Source: a virus | Reading direction: 5' to 3' (one strand) | DNA: 64,000 nt | Virus record (IMG/VR): IMGVR_UViG_3300034143_000010 | Shown: positions 44,927-54,078 of the stretch, piece after piece | Layout of the letters: every line of letters begins with the position of its first letter | Position numbering within the stretch: the stretch's first letter is position 1 | Translations under genes and position numbers: made by a program | Notes under the pieces: model-generated | Seen by the model: the letters and a program-made list of their open reading frames with translations, nothing else | Told to the model about the DNA's origin: nothing | Databases searched by the model: none

Positions 44927-45700
44927 TCAGCTTTGCTTGCTGTGCTCGCGTAGCACTGTGATTGCGCGTTCAAGTTGCGCGAAGTCTTGTGCATCACCGC
45001 CGGCGTCAGGGTGGAATTTCTTCGCTGCCTGCCTGTAGCAGGTCTCGGCAAAGGATAGGCTTGCTAAAATCGGCTCTGATTGAACAGCATCAAGACCGAC
45101 CGTTTTCGCGAAGTATTCAGCGATCACGAAGGCTGCCATCTCAGGCGTTAGGCTTTGCTGCGCGGGCGCGGGCGGGAGCGCGCGAAAGCCTATGTACTGC
45201 GCACCTTGGTTTAGCCCGTAGCGATCCATCTTGCGCTGCGCCTCAAGGCCGAGGGCGATAGCGCGGACGTTCTCTTTCCATTGAGTGAAGTTGTCGCAGA
45301 CGTAGCGCATTTTGATCGGCACAGGGTTCGGATCGGCGCACGGGGCATAAACGCCGCTCTCTTTGGTCGGATGCTGCCACTTGCTATCTTTTAAGAGGCG
45401 ACTTGAACCGATGCGGCAATGCTCGCAGTTCGCTTGATCTGGTGGACAGGGAATAGAAAAGGTCAGGATTACGCCGGGATGCGACGGCGCGCGTGAGTCG
45501 GAGCGAAGGAGGCCATCAAGGCGTACATCTTCAGCGCTGTGCATCGTATGGATGATGACGTTGCTCGCTCGGATGTGTGATAACTCCTTCTCAAGCAGGT
45601 CTTGGGTCTGCGTCCACGTAGAGCTGAAGGGCGAATCCTTGCGGGGCGAGGTCGCCTTGCCCGGCCACTTATCAAGCGGTTGTATTGAAAGCTTCATCAC
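44927..45700 (-). CDS. Phage protein with C-terminal DnaJ (J) domain
   Basis: CDNFTQWKENVRAIALGLEAQR..RYG and YRQAAKKFHPDAGG. Confidence 0.85.
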   Translation of the reverse strand: MMKLSIQPLDKWPGKATSPRKDSPFSSTWTQTQDLLEKELSHIRASNVIIHTMHSAEDVRLDGLLRSDSRAPSHPGVILTFSIPCPPDQANCEHCRIGSSRLLKDSKWQHPTKESGVYAPCADPNPVPIKMRYVCDNFTQWKENVRAIALGLEAQRKMDRYGLNQGAQYIGFRALPPAPAQQSLTPEMAAFVIAEYFAKTVGLDAVQSEPILASLSFAETCYRQAAKKFHPDAGGDAQDFAQLERAITVLREHSKQS

Positions 45701-45723
45701 GCTCCCTTTCTCCGAACATTGAA

Positions 45724-45742
45724 ATTCGTCAAATTTACGATT
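45724..45742. repeat. Palindromic repeat, copy 5
   Basis: attcgt caaattt acgatt. Confidence 0.9.
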
Positions 45743-45757
45743 TTGGATTTAAGAATT

Positions 45758-46015
45758 TCAGGGTGAAATAATTCCTTCACCTAACTGCCAGACCAGCAAG
45801 CCCAGTTCCGCCAGCCCTCCCATCAGCATCCAGAACATTACGATGGTGGCGACCGCCGCAATCTCGCTCCTCGTCGAAGGCATACGCGGGCAGAACGCCC
45901 ACGCTGAACCGGCGGCGCTTGCGCCGGTCAAGATCACGATCAGTATGTAGAGGTAGAAGAAGGTCATCAAAACCTCGTTGGAGACGATGCCTATTAATAG
46001 CGCTGAGGAATCCAA
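45758..46015 (-). CDS. Small two-TM membrane protein
   Basis: Two hydrophobic stretches. Start uncertain. Confidence 0.5.
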   Translation of the reverse strand: MDSSALLIGIVSNEVLMTFFYLYILIVILTGASAAGSAWAFCPRMPSTRSEIAAVATIVMFWMLMGGLAELGLLVWQLGEGIISP

Positions 46016-46266
46016 TTGCGGATTTGCAGATACTGATTATCTGAGAGGAATTCCCTCATCTGCACATAATCCTTAAACAATTCGTAGTAGCGTTCTGTAT
46101 ATAGCGACCACTGGCAATAGCCATCCACGCCGGGCGGAATCAGCCAGTAGCCGTCGTCTCGCTCTCTCCCGACCGGGACAGTTCCGTGCTCTAATCCCGT
46201 CAACTCATAGATTTCCCCAAGTCGTAGCCCTATGAAAATGCGTTCCTCGCTCATAAGCCCTCTCAA
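45994..46266 (-). CDS. Hypothetical protein
   Basis: 90-aa ORF in operon context. Confidence 0.5.
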   Translation of the reverse strand: MRGLMSEERIFIGLRLGEIYELTGLEHGTVPVGRERDDGYWLIPPGVDGYCQWSLYTERYYELFKDYVQMREFLSDNQYLQIRNWIPQRY

Positions 46267-46298
46267 CTTTCTCTAACTTCTAAAGAATTTCCGCTGCT

Positions 46299-46517
46299 TT
46301 ACGGCCTCCCCTTCTCTTCCCAGATGTCGAAAAGAAGCTTGAGCGTCCCCTCGTCCGTATGCACGGAGCCGCCCGCGTTATGCACGTACCTTCGGAAGCG
46401 ATGCGCCTCATGGCCCAGACGACTCCTTGCAACGAATGCCTGAAACGGCGTATTGCAATCGTGCGAGGTCATCACCGGTGACGGCTTGGTTGAAACTGCC
46501 GATCTGACGAATCTCAT
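46299..46517 (-). CDS. Hypothetical protein
   Basis: RBS ggagg before MRFVRSAV. Confidence 0.5.
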   Translation of the reverse strand: MRFVRSAVSTKPSPVMTSHDCNTPFQAFVARSRLGHEAHRFRRYVHNAGGSVHTDEGTLKLLFDIWEEKGRP

Positions 46518-46855
46518 GAATCCTCCTTCGATGGCGACACCCATTCGTGACGTGTGCTCATGCGCCGGCGGAACTCGACACGTCCTCGCAACATTTTGGT
46601 TTTGAGTGGACAGTCGCAGCTCGTCAGAATCTTGCTGATCTGATTGGTCGGCTGATCGTAGACGAAAACCGTGGCCGTCCACTCTTCGCGGGCGCAAAAC
46701 GAGCCGTGTTCCCACTGCACGCTGCCGGCGGCGTCCAAGTCGAGCACGAACACGATGCCGCTCTCGTCATTGGCCTCAATGCAGTTTTCGAGCAGCTTGC
46801 CGTCGAGATAAACCTCGTGCCTGTAAAACTCAGCTATACCTGTGTGCAACCGCAT
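46514..46855 (-). CDS. Hypothetical phage protein
   Basis: VYLDGKLLENCIEANDESGIV...RGRVEFR. Confidence 0.55.
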   Translation of the reverse strand: MRLHTGIAEFYRHEVYLDGKLLENCIEANDESGIVFVLDLDAAGSVQWEHGSFCAREEWTATVFVYDQPTNQISKILTSCDCPLKTKMLRGRVEFRRRMSTRHEWVSPSKEDS

Positions 46856-46873
46856 CTCGCTCGCCCTCTCGCC

Positions 46874-47809
46874 TCACGTCTGCCCCGCGTGAACCATCCG
46901 CTCGCCCTTAGGCCCGGCCCGCGCCGAGTTCAGCCCCGGATGCTCGCACTTGCGCATGCCACGCCCTGGATTTGACGGGTCAACGTAGACTCTCCCACTC
47001 GCTCCCCTGCCGGTTGTCCCGTCACAGTCCGAGCAACTCAAGCACGGCGCACGACTGCCGTTCGCCACTGGTATCACCTCCTGCTCCCGCTCCCAGTCTT
47101 CGACCTGCACGATGATGGCCGTCAGTTTCAAGCCCTCGGCAGTCAGCGCCGTATCAAGCCAGCCACGACCGAGCGGAGGACTCTGGTTGCGAGCAAACCG
47201 CTTCAGCCGCTCGAAAGACGGTCTCTCAGCCACACTCACACACGCCGCCGCAGGCGGCTCGTCCGACGGCGCGCCAGCGCCGAGTCTGGTGTGTGTGAGT
47301 TGGTTTTCGGTCTGGTCTACGGACTGATTTACGGTTTGGTCAACCGCGCGCGCGTCTATATATGCACCGTCACTCACCAGTGACGGTGCGTCATTCGGGA
47401 GTGACGGTGCGTCACTGTGCAGTGACGGGGTGTCACTCACCAGTGACGGTGTGTCATTCGGGAGTGACGGCTTCGAAGCCTTCTTCCTCTGCTCTCGCAG
47501 CTCCCTGAGGAAGGTGCCGACGCGCAAATAAATGAGGCCGCCGCGCTCTTCGATCCAGCCTTTATGGCGCAGGGTCGTCATGGCGTTCTTGACCGTGCCG
47601 AGCTTGAGGACAGTGAATTTCGCCAGCCGGGCGTTGGCGGCAAAGCGAGCCTCGACGATTCCCGTTTCAGGATCGCCGAAAGCGCATAGCTGCGCGTATA
47701 CGTCCCACGTAGAACGGCTTACTTCGCCCCTGCGGCTGATGGCGTCGTCCGGTGTATAGGCCATTCCCCTCCGCTTGTACCCGCCCGGGTAGTAATTAGT
47801 GGCGGCCAA
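46874..47809 (-). CDS. Replication initiator (N-terminal winged helix, internal repeats)
   Basis: HTH-like VYAQLCAF...TVKNAMTTLRHKGWIE, 7-aa repeats, C-terminal CxxC. Confidence 0.7.
   Translation of the reverse strand: MAATNYYPGGYKRRGMAYTPDDAISRRGEVSRSTWDVYAQLCAFGDPETGIVEARFAANARLAKFTVLKLGTVKNAMTTLRHKGWIEERGGLIYLRVGTFLRELREQRKKASKPSLPNDTPSLVSDTPSLHSDAPSLPNDAPSLVSDGAYIDARAVDQTVNQSVDQTENQLTHTRLGAGAPSDEPPAAACVSVAERPSFERLKRFARNQSPPLGRGWLDTALTAEGLKLTAIIVQVEDWEREQEVIPVANGSRAPCLSCSDCDGTTGRGASGRVYVDPSNPGRGMRKCEHPGLNSARAGPKGERMVHAGQT
47365..47470. repeat. Five 21-bp iteron-like repeats (putative phage origin)
   Basis: agtgacgg at 47379, 47400, 47421, 47442, 47463, each within a gtca(c/t)t-N4-agtgac inverted repeat. 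Confidence 0.8.
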
Positions 47810-47848
47810 CCCCTCAGAGAGGCCCCGCCGGGAATTTATGAATGCTCG

Positions 47849-48223
47849 CTACCCGCGCCGGTCGTCGGGCCGGAAGCAGCCGTTACAATAAAGTGGCCTG
47901 TTGTTCTTCGGCCTGAACGGCACGGTCGTAGGCTTGCCGCACTTCGCACAGGTGATTTCGTAAGAGACGCGATGATCGGGCAGAGAGACTTTCTCTCGCG
48001 GCGCGCCCTCCCCGCGTGCGGAGCGCGCGCCCTTCCGGCACTCCTGACATCGCCTCGGCTCATGCTTGAAGCCCTTCTCCTTGAAGAACTCCTGCTCGCT
48101 CGCCGTCCAAACGAAATCCTGATCGCAATCTACGCAGTGAAGCCGCTTGTCGGTGAACTGGTGCGCGCTCTGCTGACGCGCCTCTCGTCCGTGGCGTACA
48201 TGTGCGCTCACGTCTTTGCTCAT
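47849..48223 (-). CDS. Zinc-ribbon / CxxC-x17-CxxC domain protein
   Basis: CVDCDQDFVWTASEQEFFKEKGF..EPRRCQECR and CAKCGKPTTVPFRP....LYCNGC. Confidence 0.88.
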   Translation of the reverse strand: MSKDVSAHVRHGREARQQSAHQFTDKRLHCVDCDQDFVWTASEQEFFKEKGFKHEPRRCQECRKGARSARGEGAPREKVSLPDHRVSYEITCAKCGKPTTVPFRPKNNRPLYCNGCFRPDDRRG

Positions 48224-48236
48224 TCGGAAACCTCTT

Positions 48237-48809
48237 TCACTTTAAATTGCGATAATTCAAGTAGGGTTCAATTCTCGTCCCTTGAATCTGAAGCCGGACT
48301 GCGGCGGCTACTTCCGGTCCCTCGCGCTGTTCAACATCCCAGACGCTCTGATGGCCGCTACAAGGCACTGGCTTTTGTAGTGGAACTATGTCATCGAACA
48401 TCCACATGAAGCGCCCGCTCGCGTAATTGCCGAACGCGTACTCGTTGCTGTCAGGTTTCGGAAGACAGATTGCGCTTCCGATGGTTGGCTCACAACGCAC
48501 GAGTCGAACAACAGCGACGATTGCGCCGCGCGGCATGAATGGATGGTCAACCATCTTTTTTAAGAAGCCCTCGCCACGCCAGTATTCATTAGTGTGCTGT
48601 TCGAGTGCTTTGGTAAGTACGGTACAGAACGGTTCAACACCGCACTGCTCTCTCAGGCCACGCTCGCCGCCGACCGGCCCAAGCCCCTTTGCCGCGTGAA
48701 TAGCGAGAGCCATAACGCCGCCGGGCGCGCGCCAAGAGCGTGTCTCAATCTTCTTCGCGCCGATGGCTATAAGAGTGGCCCAAGGTTGGGTTAGTGATAA
48801 TGCTTTCAT
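48237..48809 (-). CDS. ASCH domain protein
   Basis: MKALSLTQPWATLIAIGAKKIETRSW...LAIHAAK. Confidence 0.9.
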   Translation of the reverse strand: MKALSLTQPWATLIAIGAKKIETRSWRAPGGVMALAIHAAKGLGPVGGERGLREQCGVEPFCTVLTKALEQHTNEYWRGEGFLKKMVDHPFMPRGAIVAVVRLVRCEPTIGSAICLPKPDSNEYAFGNYASGRFMWMFDDIVPLQKPVPCSGHQSVWDVEQREGPEVAAAVRLQIQGTRIEPYLNYRNLK

Positions 48810-48883
48810 CAGAACATCTTCCCCTGAGCGGCTTCGTAGTCGCTCAACTTGAAAGCCTGCGCGACCGGCTCCATGTCAGGCCG

Positions 48884-49534
48884 TCACACGCCGTACTCCT
48901 CGACCTCTCTGGCGTAGCCTTCCCAGTCGGGCTTACGAAGCGCAGGCCCGCCCTTCTCGGTTCGCGTCGCATGTTTCAGGTAATGAAAAACGCACGCCTC
49001 CATCTGAAGATGAGTGAAGCGCGCGCGGCAATTGTCGGCGGCGATCCAGAGGATGAAGTTCGTCTCGGTCTCCGTGCGCAGGAGCCCCGAAGGCACGATC
49101 AGCTTGCCGTAGGTGCGCTTGCCGCCCGTGCTTCCGCCGCTCTTTTTCCAGTAGTAGTTGACGGTGAATTTGAGGAGGAATCTGAACTCCTCGAAGCGGC
49201 TGATCAGGTTATGGGCAATCGTCTGGATTTCAGGAGCCGGAAGAAACTCCTCTCCCTTATTCTCAAACGTCGCTTCTTCAGGTACAGGGAAAGCAGTATC
49301 AACCGGCTGCGCGTCTACTGTCTTTTGCTCTTCATCCTGAGTCTCGCCTCCCATTGCGTAGACACCCGGAGGGAGCTGCCTGCGCCTATCCGAGCCGTTT
49401 GAAGCTTCTTCTTCGACAACCCCCTCGATAATGGCGAGACCCTCTTCAGGCTCGTGTGATGGAAGGCCGCTTTCAATGATAGCGAGCGCAGTTGACGCCC
49501 CGCCGCTGGTATTGTCTGAACTTACCCTCTTCAT
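48884..49534 (-). CDS. Phage metallopeptidase-like domain protein (degenerate HExxH)
   Basis: NFILWIAAD...EACVFHYLKH...LRKPDWEGY.REVEEYG. Confidence 0.6.
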   Translation of the reverse strand: MKRVSSDNTSGGASTALAIIESGLPSHEPEEGLAIIEGVVEEEASNGSDRRRQLPPGVYAMGGETQDEEQKTVDAQPVDTAFPVPEEATFENKGEEFLPAPEIQTIAHNLISRFEEFRFLLKFTVNYYWKKSGGSTGGKRTYGKLIVPSGLLRTETETNFILWIAADNCRARFTHLQMEACVFHYLKHATRTEKGGPALRKPDWEGYAREVEEYGV

Positions 49535-49537
49535 GAA

Positions 49538-49771
49538 TTAGCTCCCTTCAAAGTTGGTTGTTGGCCCGAGCGCCTGCCGGGCCTTGGTTTCGACCGCCTC
49601 GTTCGGCCACTTGCCTTCGCGCGACAATATTTTGATTCGCTCAAGATCGTAGGGGCGGCGCAATCGCTTCACGCGCCATCCTTGATCAACGATGTGGATG
49701 AGCACCTGACGGCCCTGCGAGACCGCCAGAAACTTCTGCGCTCCCAACTGCAAGAGTTGAATGTCGGCCAT
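49538..49771 (-). CDS. Hypothetical protein
   Basis: 77-aa ORF coupled to the ThiF gene. Confidence 0.5.
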   Translation of the reverse strand: MADIQLLQLGAQKFLAVSQGRQVLIHIVDQGWRVKRLRRPYDLERIKILSREGKWPNEAVETKARQALGPTTNFEGS

Positions 49772-49780
49772 TGTCTATCC

Positions 49781-50764
49781 TCACGAAGCCATCGCCATAC
49801 ACTCTTCGGCCTGCACGTAAGAGACTGGTTTATCAATCGAGTCGGCCACCTCTTCCGGCGTCAGGTAGTAGGGCTTTGAAGAATGCGCCGCCAGGTTGAC
49901 TTCCCAGCCGTAGCACTTCAGGTCTCTCGTTAGCAGAAGGCTGGTTGCGAACTCCGCCGCCTCCGCAGCGATCCGCGCGTTGATGTTGAAGGACTGAAGG
50001 CCGCGCGCGGTCAGTTCCGCGCAGCTCAGGTCGTTGCCTTCAATCTCTTCCGGCTCGGGGATAAGAAGGCTCGGATATAGAAGTGTCGGGCTCGGAATAC
50101 TGATGCATCTCTTCCGGCCAAGAAAAGCGCCGCGCATCTGCTCCACCGCGGGGGCCGTGCCGAGCAGCACTCTCCCGCTCCTGCGGTGATTGCCTAGATC
50201 AAGCCAGAAGATAGAAGGCAGCGCGTCCGGGGCTTCCGGCTGCACGGGGTTGTGCTGGAGAGTATCTGCGAGCGTGCGGCGGGCGGCGGCGTTGTCCGCG
50301 CAGCCGACGAGAAGCGTGAGATCTGCGCCGATCAGAAGATTCTCACTGTACTCACCGACGTAGGCGAGGGCATTTAAGCCCCATGCCTGACCGTAGCGGC
50401 GCGCCACCGCCTCCGCCTTCGGCACGCCGAGTTCTGCGTAGCAGAAGAGTTGGCGACCGATGTTTTTCTCTTCGACCATTTGCGGGTCACAGACTGTCAG
50501 GTTGACAACCTTGCCCGCGCGGTCGAGCGCGTATGCGAGACGCCCCATGTGCATCGTCATGTAAGAACCGTTACCGCCCGCGCCGGCGATGATGACCTGA
50601 ACGGAATCGAAGGGGCGCGTTGCGACCACAGAAGCGTTATAGAAGCCAAGGTTGACGGAGGGCGGCGGTTCGGGCTCTACTGTCGGCTGCGCCGGTTGTA
50701 CTGGGCGGGGTGAAATATGTTGTGGCTGTCGCGGGAACTTTTTCTTGACTTTTCTTTTGCTCAT
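49781..50764 (-). CDS. E1-like ThiF family protein (PRTRC ThiF-like)
   Basis: IAGAGGNGS, VEEKNIGRQ, VGCADN..AR, WLDLGN, DLSCAE. Confidence 0.9.
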   Translation of the reverse strand: MSKRKVKKKFPRQPQHISPRPVQPAQPTVEPEPPPSVNLGFYNASVVATRPFDSVQVIIAGAGGNGSYMTMHMGRLAYALDRAGKVVNLTVCDPQMVEEKNIGRQLFCYAELGVPKAEAVARRYGQAWGLNALAYVGEYSENLLIGADLTLLVGCADNAAARRTLADTLQHNPVQPEAPDALPSIFWLDLGNHRRSGRVLLGTAPAVEQMRGAFLGRKRCISIPSPTLLYPSLLIPEPEEIEGNDLSCAELTARGLQSFNINARIAAEAAEFATSLLLTRDLKCYGWEVNLAAHSSKPYYLTPEEVADSIDKPVSYVQAEECMAMAS

Positions 50765-51492
50765 GATTGCTCCTGAAGTAGGCAGTCGGTTAAGCCTTCC
50801 GGCAGCTCGAAAAACTCACTCGCCGGATATTCCATAAAATGCCCGAACAGTCCGACGCGTGCGCGAATCGTCGGCCTCTTGAAGATCGTGCCGATGACAG
50901 CGTAGATTCTGAACGTGGGTCCACCCTCGTCCGCGTCGTCCTTTTCGGAGAAGCGGGCCTCACCCGCGTGATGGCTATGCACCTCGATAATGGCTCGCGC
51001 CTCGGAGCTTCCCTGCCCTTGGTGAAGAGGCTTGACCTCGTCATCGGTCGCGCGCTGATCCGGGCATTCCAGATGCCAGCCGCGTGAGAGTAAGGGCGGC
51101 CCGAACGCAGGCTCGATGCACTGCCTGAAGTGGGTGTCTCCGAATGAAAGATGGAAAAGTGCCTCTTTCAATTCCGTGCGGCTGCGCACGAGCGAGACCT
51201 GAAGCATCAGCTCGACGAGCTGCTCCGGGACTTTCGGATAGCCCCACTGGACGTAAGGCTCGACGGTCTTGAGGCCATGCATCTCGTAGAGAGCAACAGG
51301 CACACACGCTTCGAGCCCGGCTTTGCGGCTACGCACGAATGTGCCGGTCGAGCCGACGACCCGCTCATAGAGAAGCGACTCGTCAACGGGCGGAAGCTGC
51401 TTGCCGCGAAGAGCGAAATAATTTTCTGTAAGACGGAAGCTCATTGGTTCGGTCTTCACTGTTTGAGTTGGCGGGGCGGTTCTCATTGCCAT
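50761..51492 (-). CDS. JAB/JAMM metallopeptidase (PRTRC protein A-like)
   Basis: IIEVHSHHAGEARFSEKDDADE. Confidence 0.9.
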   Translation of the reverse strand: MAMRTAPPTQTVKTEPMSFRLTENYFALRGKQLPPVDESLLYERVVGSTGTFVRSRKAGLEACVPVALYEMHGLKTVEPYVQWGYPKVPEQLVELMLQVSLVRSRTELKEALFHLSFGDTHFRQCIEPAFGPPLLSRGWHLECPDQRATDDEVKPLHQGQGSSEARAIIEVHSHHAGEARFSEKDDADEGGPTFRIYAVIGTIFKRPTIRARVGLFGHFMEYPASEFFELPEGLTDCLLQEQS

Positions 51493-51575
51493 TGAGCGGC
51501 TGCTCCGTTTTAGCTGCGCGCAATCCGCCGTGGAGCATCTCCCGGCTGAGACGTGCCGAATCCCGCCCGCGAAAC

Positions 51576-52295
51576 TTACGACGGTATCTCTCCCGTCTCG
51601 AAGAACACCCTGATCGCTTTATCAAGCGTTACGCCCACGTCGCGTACCTGCCGCATAAGATCATCGACCGGGTAGCGATCACAGCCTGCGCTTGACAGCT
51701 CTCGCAGCATCACGCGCACGTCTTGGCCTTCACGCTTCGATCTGCCCTTCGCCAGGTGGTTATTGAAGGTCGTCCCCATGAAGAGGTTAAACGCCTGAAG
51801 GAGAGCGAGAGGAGAGGAACGCGGCGGCTGCAAATCACCCCAGCAGACACGACCATCCTGGTAGAGATTGGAGAGCGGGGCGCGGTAGATTTCATGATAG
51901 GGTTCGAGATGGTCAGTCTTGACCGCCCAAACGAAGTAATCAACCTTGATGCCGAAACAGACGAGCCCCGGCAGAGGGATAGTGAGACGATCAACTTGGC
52001 TTTGCTGGCCGTCCGCGCCCTCGCGCGAGACTTCGAGCGTGTAGCGGCGCGGCGGCATAAACGCGAGCGCCCACTCTAACCCTCGATGACGGCCCGTGCG
52101 GCGAATTTCGGGCGGCAGCCATCCGGTGTCAATGGGGACGTTTGCGAACGCCTCCACAATCGCTTCGGGCGCGACGAATTTCTCCTGCACGCATCCTTGC
52201 TGATTCGTAAACCTGACGAGATATTGCCCGTCGGCGATCTCGATCATCGGGTTGGTCAGCCCGTCCTGCACAAGCTTCGTCATCGCTTCTGTCAT
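51576..52295 (-). CDS. Prokaryotic E2-like protein (PRTRC protein B-like)
   Basis: PLPGLV...FVWAVK...YRAPLSNLYQDGRVCWG with conserved Cys. Start refined to MTEAMTK. Confidence 0.85.
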   Translation of the reverse strand: MTEAMTKLVQDGLTNPMIEIADGQYLVRFTNQQGCVQEKFVAPEAIVEAFANVPIDTGWLPPEIRRTGRHRGLEWALAFMPPRRYTLEVSREGADGQQSQVDRLTIPLPGLVCFGIKVDYFVWAVKTDHLEPYHEIYRAPLSNLYQDGRVCWGDLQPPRSSPLALLQAFNLFMGTTFNNHLAKGRSKREGQDVRVMLRELSSAGCDRYPVDDLMRQVRDVGVTLDKAIRVFFETGEIPS

Positions 52296-53236
52296 TGCTC
52301 TCCCTCCGCGCGCCCCATAAGCGCCGTGAATATTTCCGTGTCCAGCATCCCCTCGAATCCTGATTCCCTCTCCAAAGCCGCCGCCTCGTTCCACAACTCC
52401 ACGGCGCGCGCAATGCGAGGCCCTGCGTCCTCGTCGAGCCACCGGTCGAGCTCCCCTACCCTGTAGTTCATCGCTTCGGCTTCCGCCCTCTTGTAGAGAA
52501 GCCAGGCCACGTTCTCGTGAGTCCACTCGAAACCGGCGCGGCCCGCTTGTGTTGGCAGATCGAGCCACGGATTTCCCGTTTTGTAGCAGACCATGTGGAA
52601 GGCCAGCGGCAGATGCCGAAGCGGCGTCTCTTCGACCGCGCAGGAATAGAGAAAGTGAGTCCAGCCGTAGGCTGCGAGCGGCGGCGAGGCCTCCTGCGTG
52701 AGCCCGTAATGCCTTGCGAGAGCAGTCCAGCCGTCAGGGGAATGCCCCGAGAGGACGAGCACGACCTTGAAGACGGTCTGAAGCTTCTGGAATGGGCAGC
52801 AGCCTCCCAGCCAGTTGTGCTGCTGCGTGCCCCTCACCGGGATATATTCGAGAAAGAAGTAGGGGTCACTCGCGATATTGCTTTCGAGCTCGTCTTCCAG
52901 GTCAGCGCTTAAGCAGAGCGGAAAGAGGCGCTTGTTGACGAGGCGGTAGAACTCGTGCTCGCGCTCGGTGGAATAGAGCGGGGCCTGCGAGCGCGCGTAC
53001 TCTTCCGGAAAGCTCTCGCGGAAGATGCTCATGACGCGGAGCGCGATATGAACGCGCTTGTCATAGGTCAATTGCCCGTGCGTCGCAGCCACGCCGATAA
53101 ATTCGGCAGCGCCGAGCGGCGTGCGCACGCGCGCGCGCCCCGCCAGATAAGTGCTGGCCCGGTCTAGGCTGAGCAGCTCGCGGCGCGCGAGAATGAATTC
53201 AGCGGCAGGCTGTGTTGTTTGAAGGCCGTCGAACAT
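52292..53236 (-). CDS. Hypothetical protein in the PRTRC protein F position
   Basis: Between the Ub-like and E2 genes, TGNPWLD motif. Confidence 0.55.
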   Translation of the reverse strand: MFDGLQTTQPAAEFILARRELLSLDRASTYLAGRARVRTPLGAAEFIGVAATHGQLTYDKRVHIALRVMSIFRESFPEEYARSQAPLYSTEREHEFYRLVNKRLFPLCLSADLEDELESNIASDPYFFLEYIPVRGTQQHNWLGGCCPFQKLQTVFKVVLVLSGHSPDGWTALARHYGLTQEASPPLAAYGWTHFLYSCAVEETPLRHLPLAFHMVCYKTGNPWLDLPTQAGRAGFEWTHENVAWLLYKRAEAEAMNYRVGELDRWLDEDAGPRIARAVELWNEAAALERESGFEGMLDTEIFTALMGRAEGEQ

Positions 53237-53241
53237 CGTTC

Positions 53242-53583
53242 TTATCCCCAGTTCGGCGTGCCCATCAGACGCGCAAGATTCTTTCGATTGAGCCCGGCCC
53301 TGATGGAGCGCACCATCACGCGATTAGCTTGCATGGCTTTGGGGTCTTCTTTCGTCTCACGCCACGTCTCCGCCGTGCAATGCAGTTGAAGCTCCTCGCC
53401 AGCATCGCCGACTCCGATACAAAAGACTTTGCCGGGCTCGACCGTCGGGTTGAACATGACGGGAATGCCTTCGAGTTCTTCCCCGCTCGGCTGTCCGGCT
53501 TTCTCGTCCGTCGCGCCATAAGCCTTCGCTATTTCTTCACGCGGAGCGGTCGTGAGCGTCCAGTCTTTGTTTTATTCTTTCAT
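53242..53583 (-). pseudogene. Gene with TAA at codon 4 (distal part open as 53242-53457)
   Basis: MKE*NKDWTLTTAPREEIAKAYG...GIPVMFNPTVEPG in one frame. Confidence 0.55.
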
Positions 53584-53594
53584 CGTCTGCACCT

Positions 53595-54062
53595 TCAGAA
53601 TCCGACCGGCACTTTGTTTGACGGAGACGGCGCAGCATGGATGAGCGCGACAAGCGTCTTACTCACCGCGCGCCCCTCGCGCTCCCCTTCGATCAGCGCG
53701 CGCTCGACCTCGCCTCGCCTAAGCGCGCCGTCCATGAAGCCTGTGTCGCCCATCGCCTCGGCTCGCATCGCTTCGGCTGCCAGTCGAATGGCCGGGTTGA
53801 CGTGTTTGGGCGCGCGCTCAAGCACTGCGACAAGCTCTTCCTGCTCCTGCGAGAGAGCGCCCTTGCCCTGCCCTCGCTTGACGACAGAGACCGAAGGCGC
53901 TGCGCCCGGCGTTATGCCGCGCTCGATAGTGATCTCCGCGTTCTCAATCGTGGGGATTTCTGCGGCGAGCGCCGCCCTGATTGCGGGTACACCCGCCTCG
54001 ACGATCTGGCTGGGGAGCGAGATGGGTTTCCCGTCCACATTCACAGTTGACATTTTGGACAT
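53595..54062 (-). CDS. Prokaryotic ubiquitin-like protein with C-terminal extension (PRTRC protein C-like)
   Basis: RBS ggag. VNVDGKPISLP...IRAALA..IPTIENAEI...VVKRGQGKG followed by about 85 further residues. Confidence 0.7.
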   Translation of the reverse strand: MSKMSTVNVDGKPISLPSQIVEAGVPAIRAALAAEIPTIENAEITIERGITPGAAPSVSVVKRGQGKGALSQEQEELVAVLERAPKHVNPAIRLAAEAMRAEAMGDTGFMDGALRRGEVERALIEGEREGRAVSKTLVALIHAAPSPSNKVPVGF

Positions 54063-54078
54063 GGTTATACTCCTCGGG

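Noticed and set aside
22398-53574. Stop-codon reassignment
   Set aside because: The internal stops are a mix of TGA and TAA, and both codons terminate many intact genes normally.
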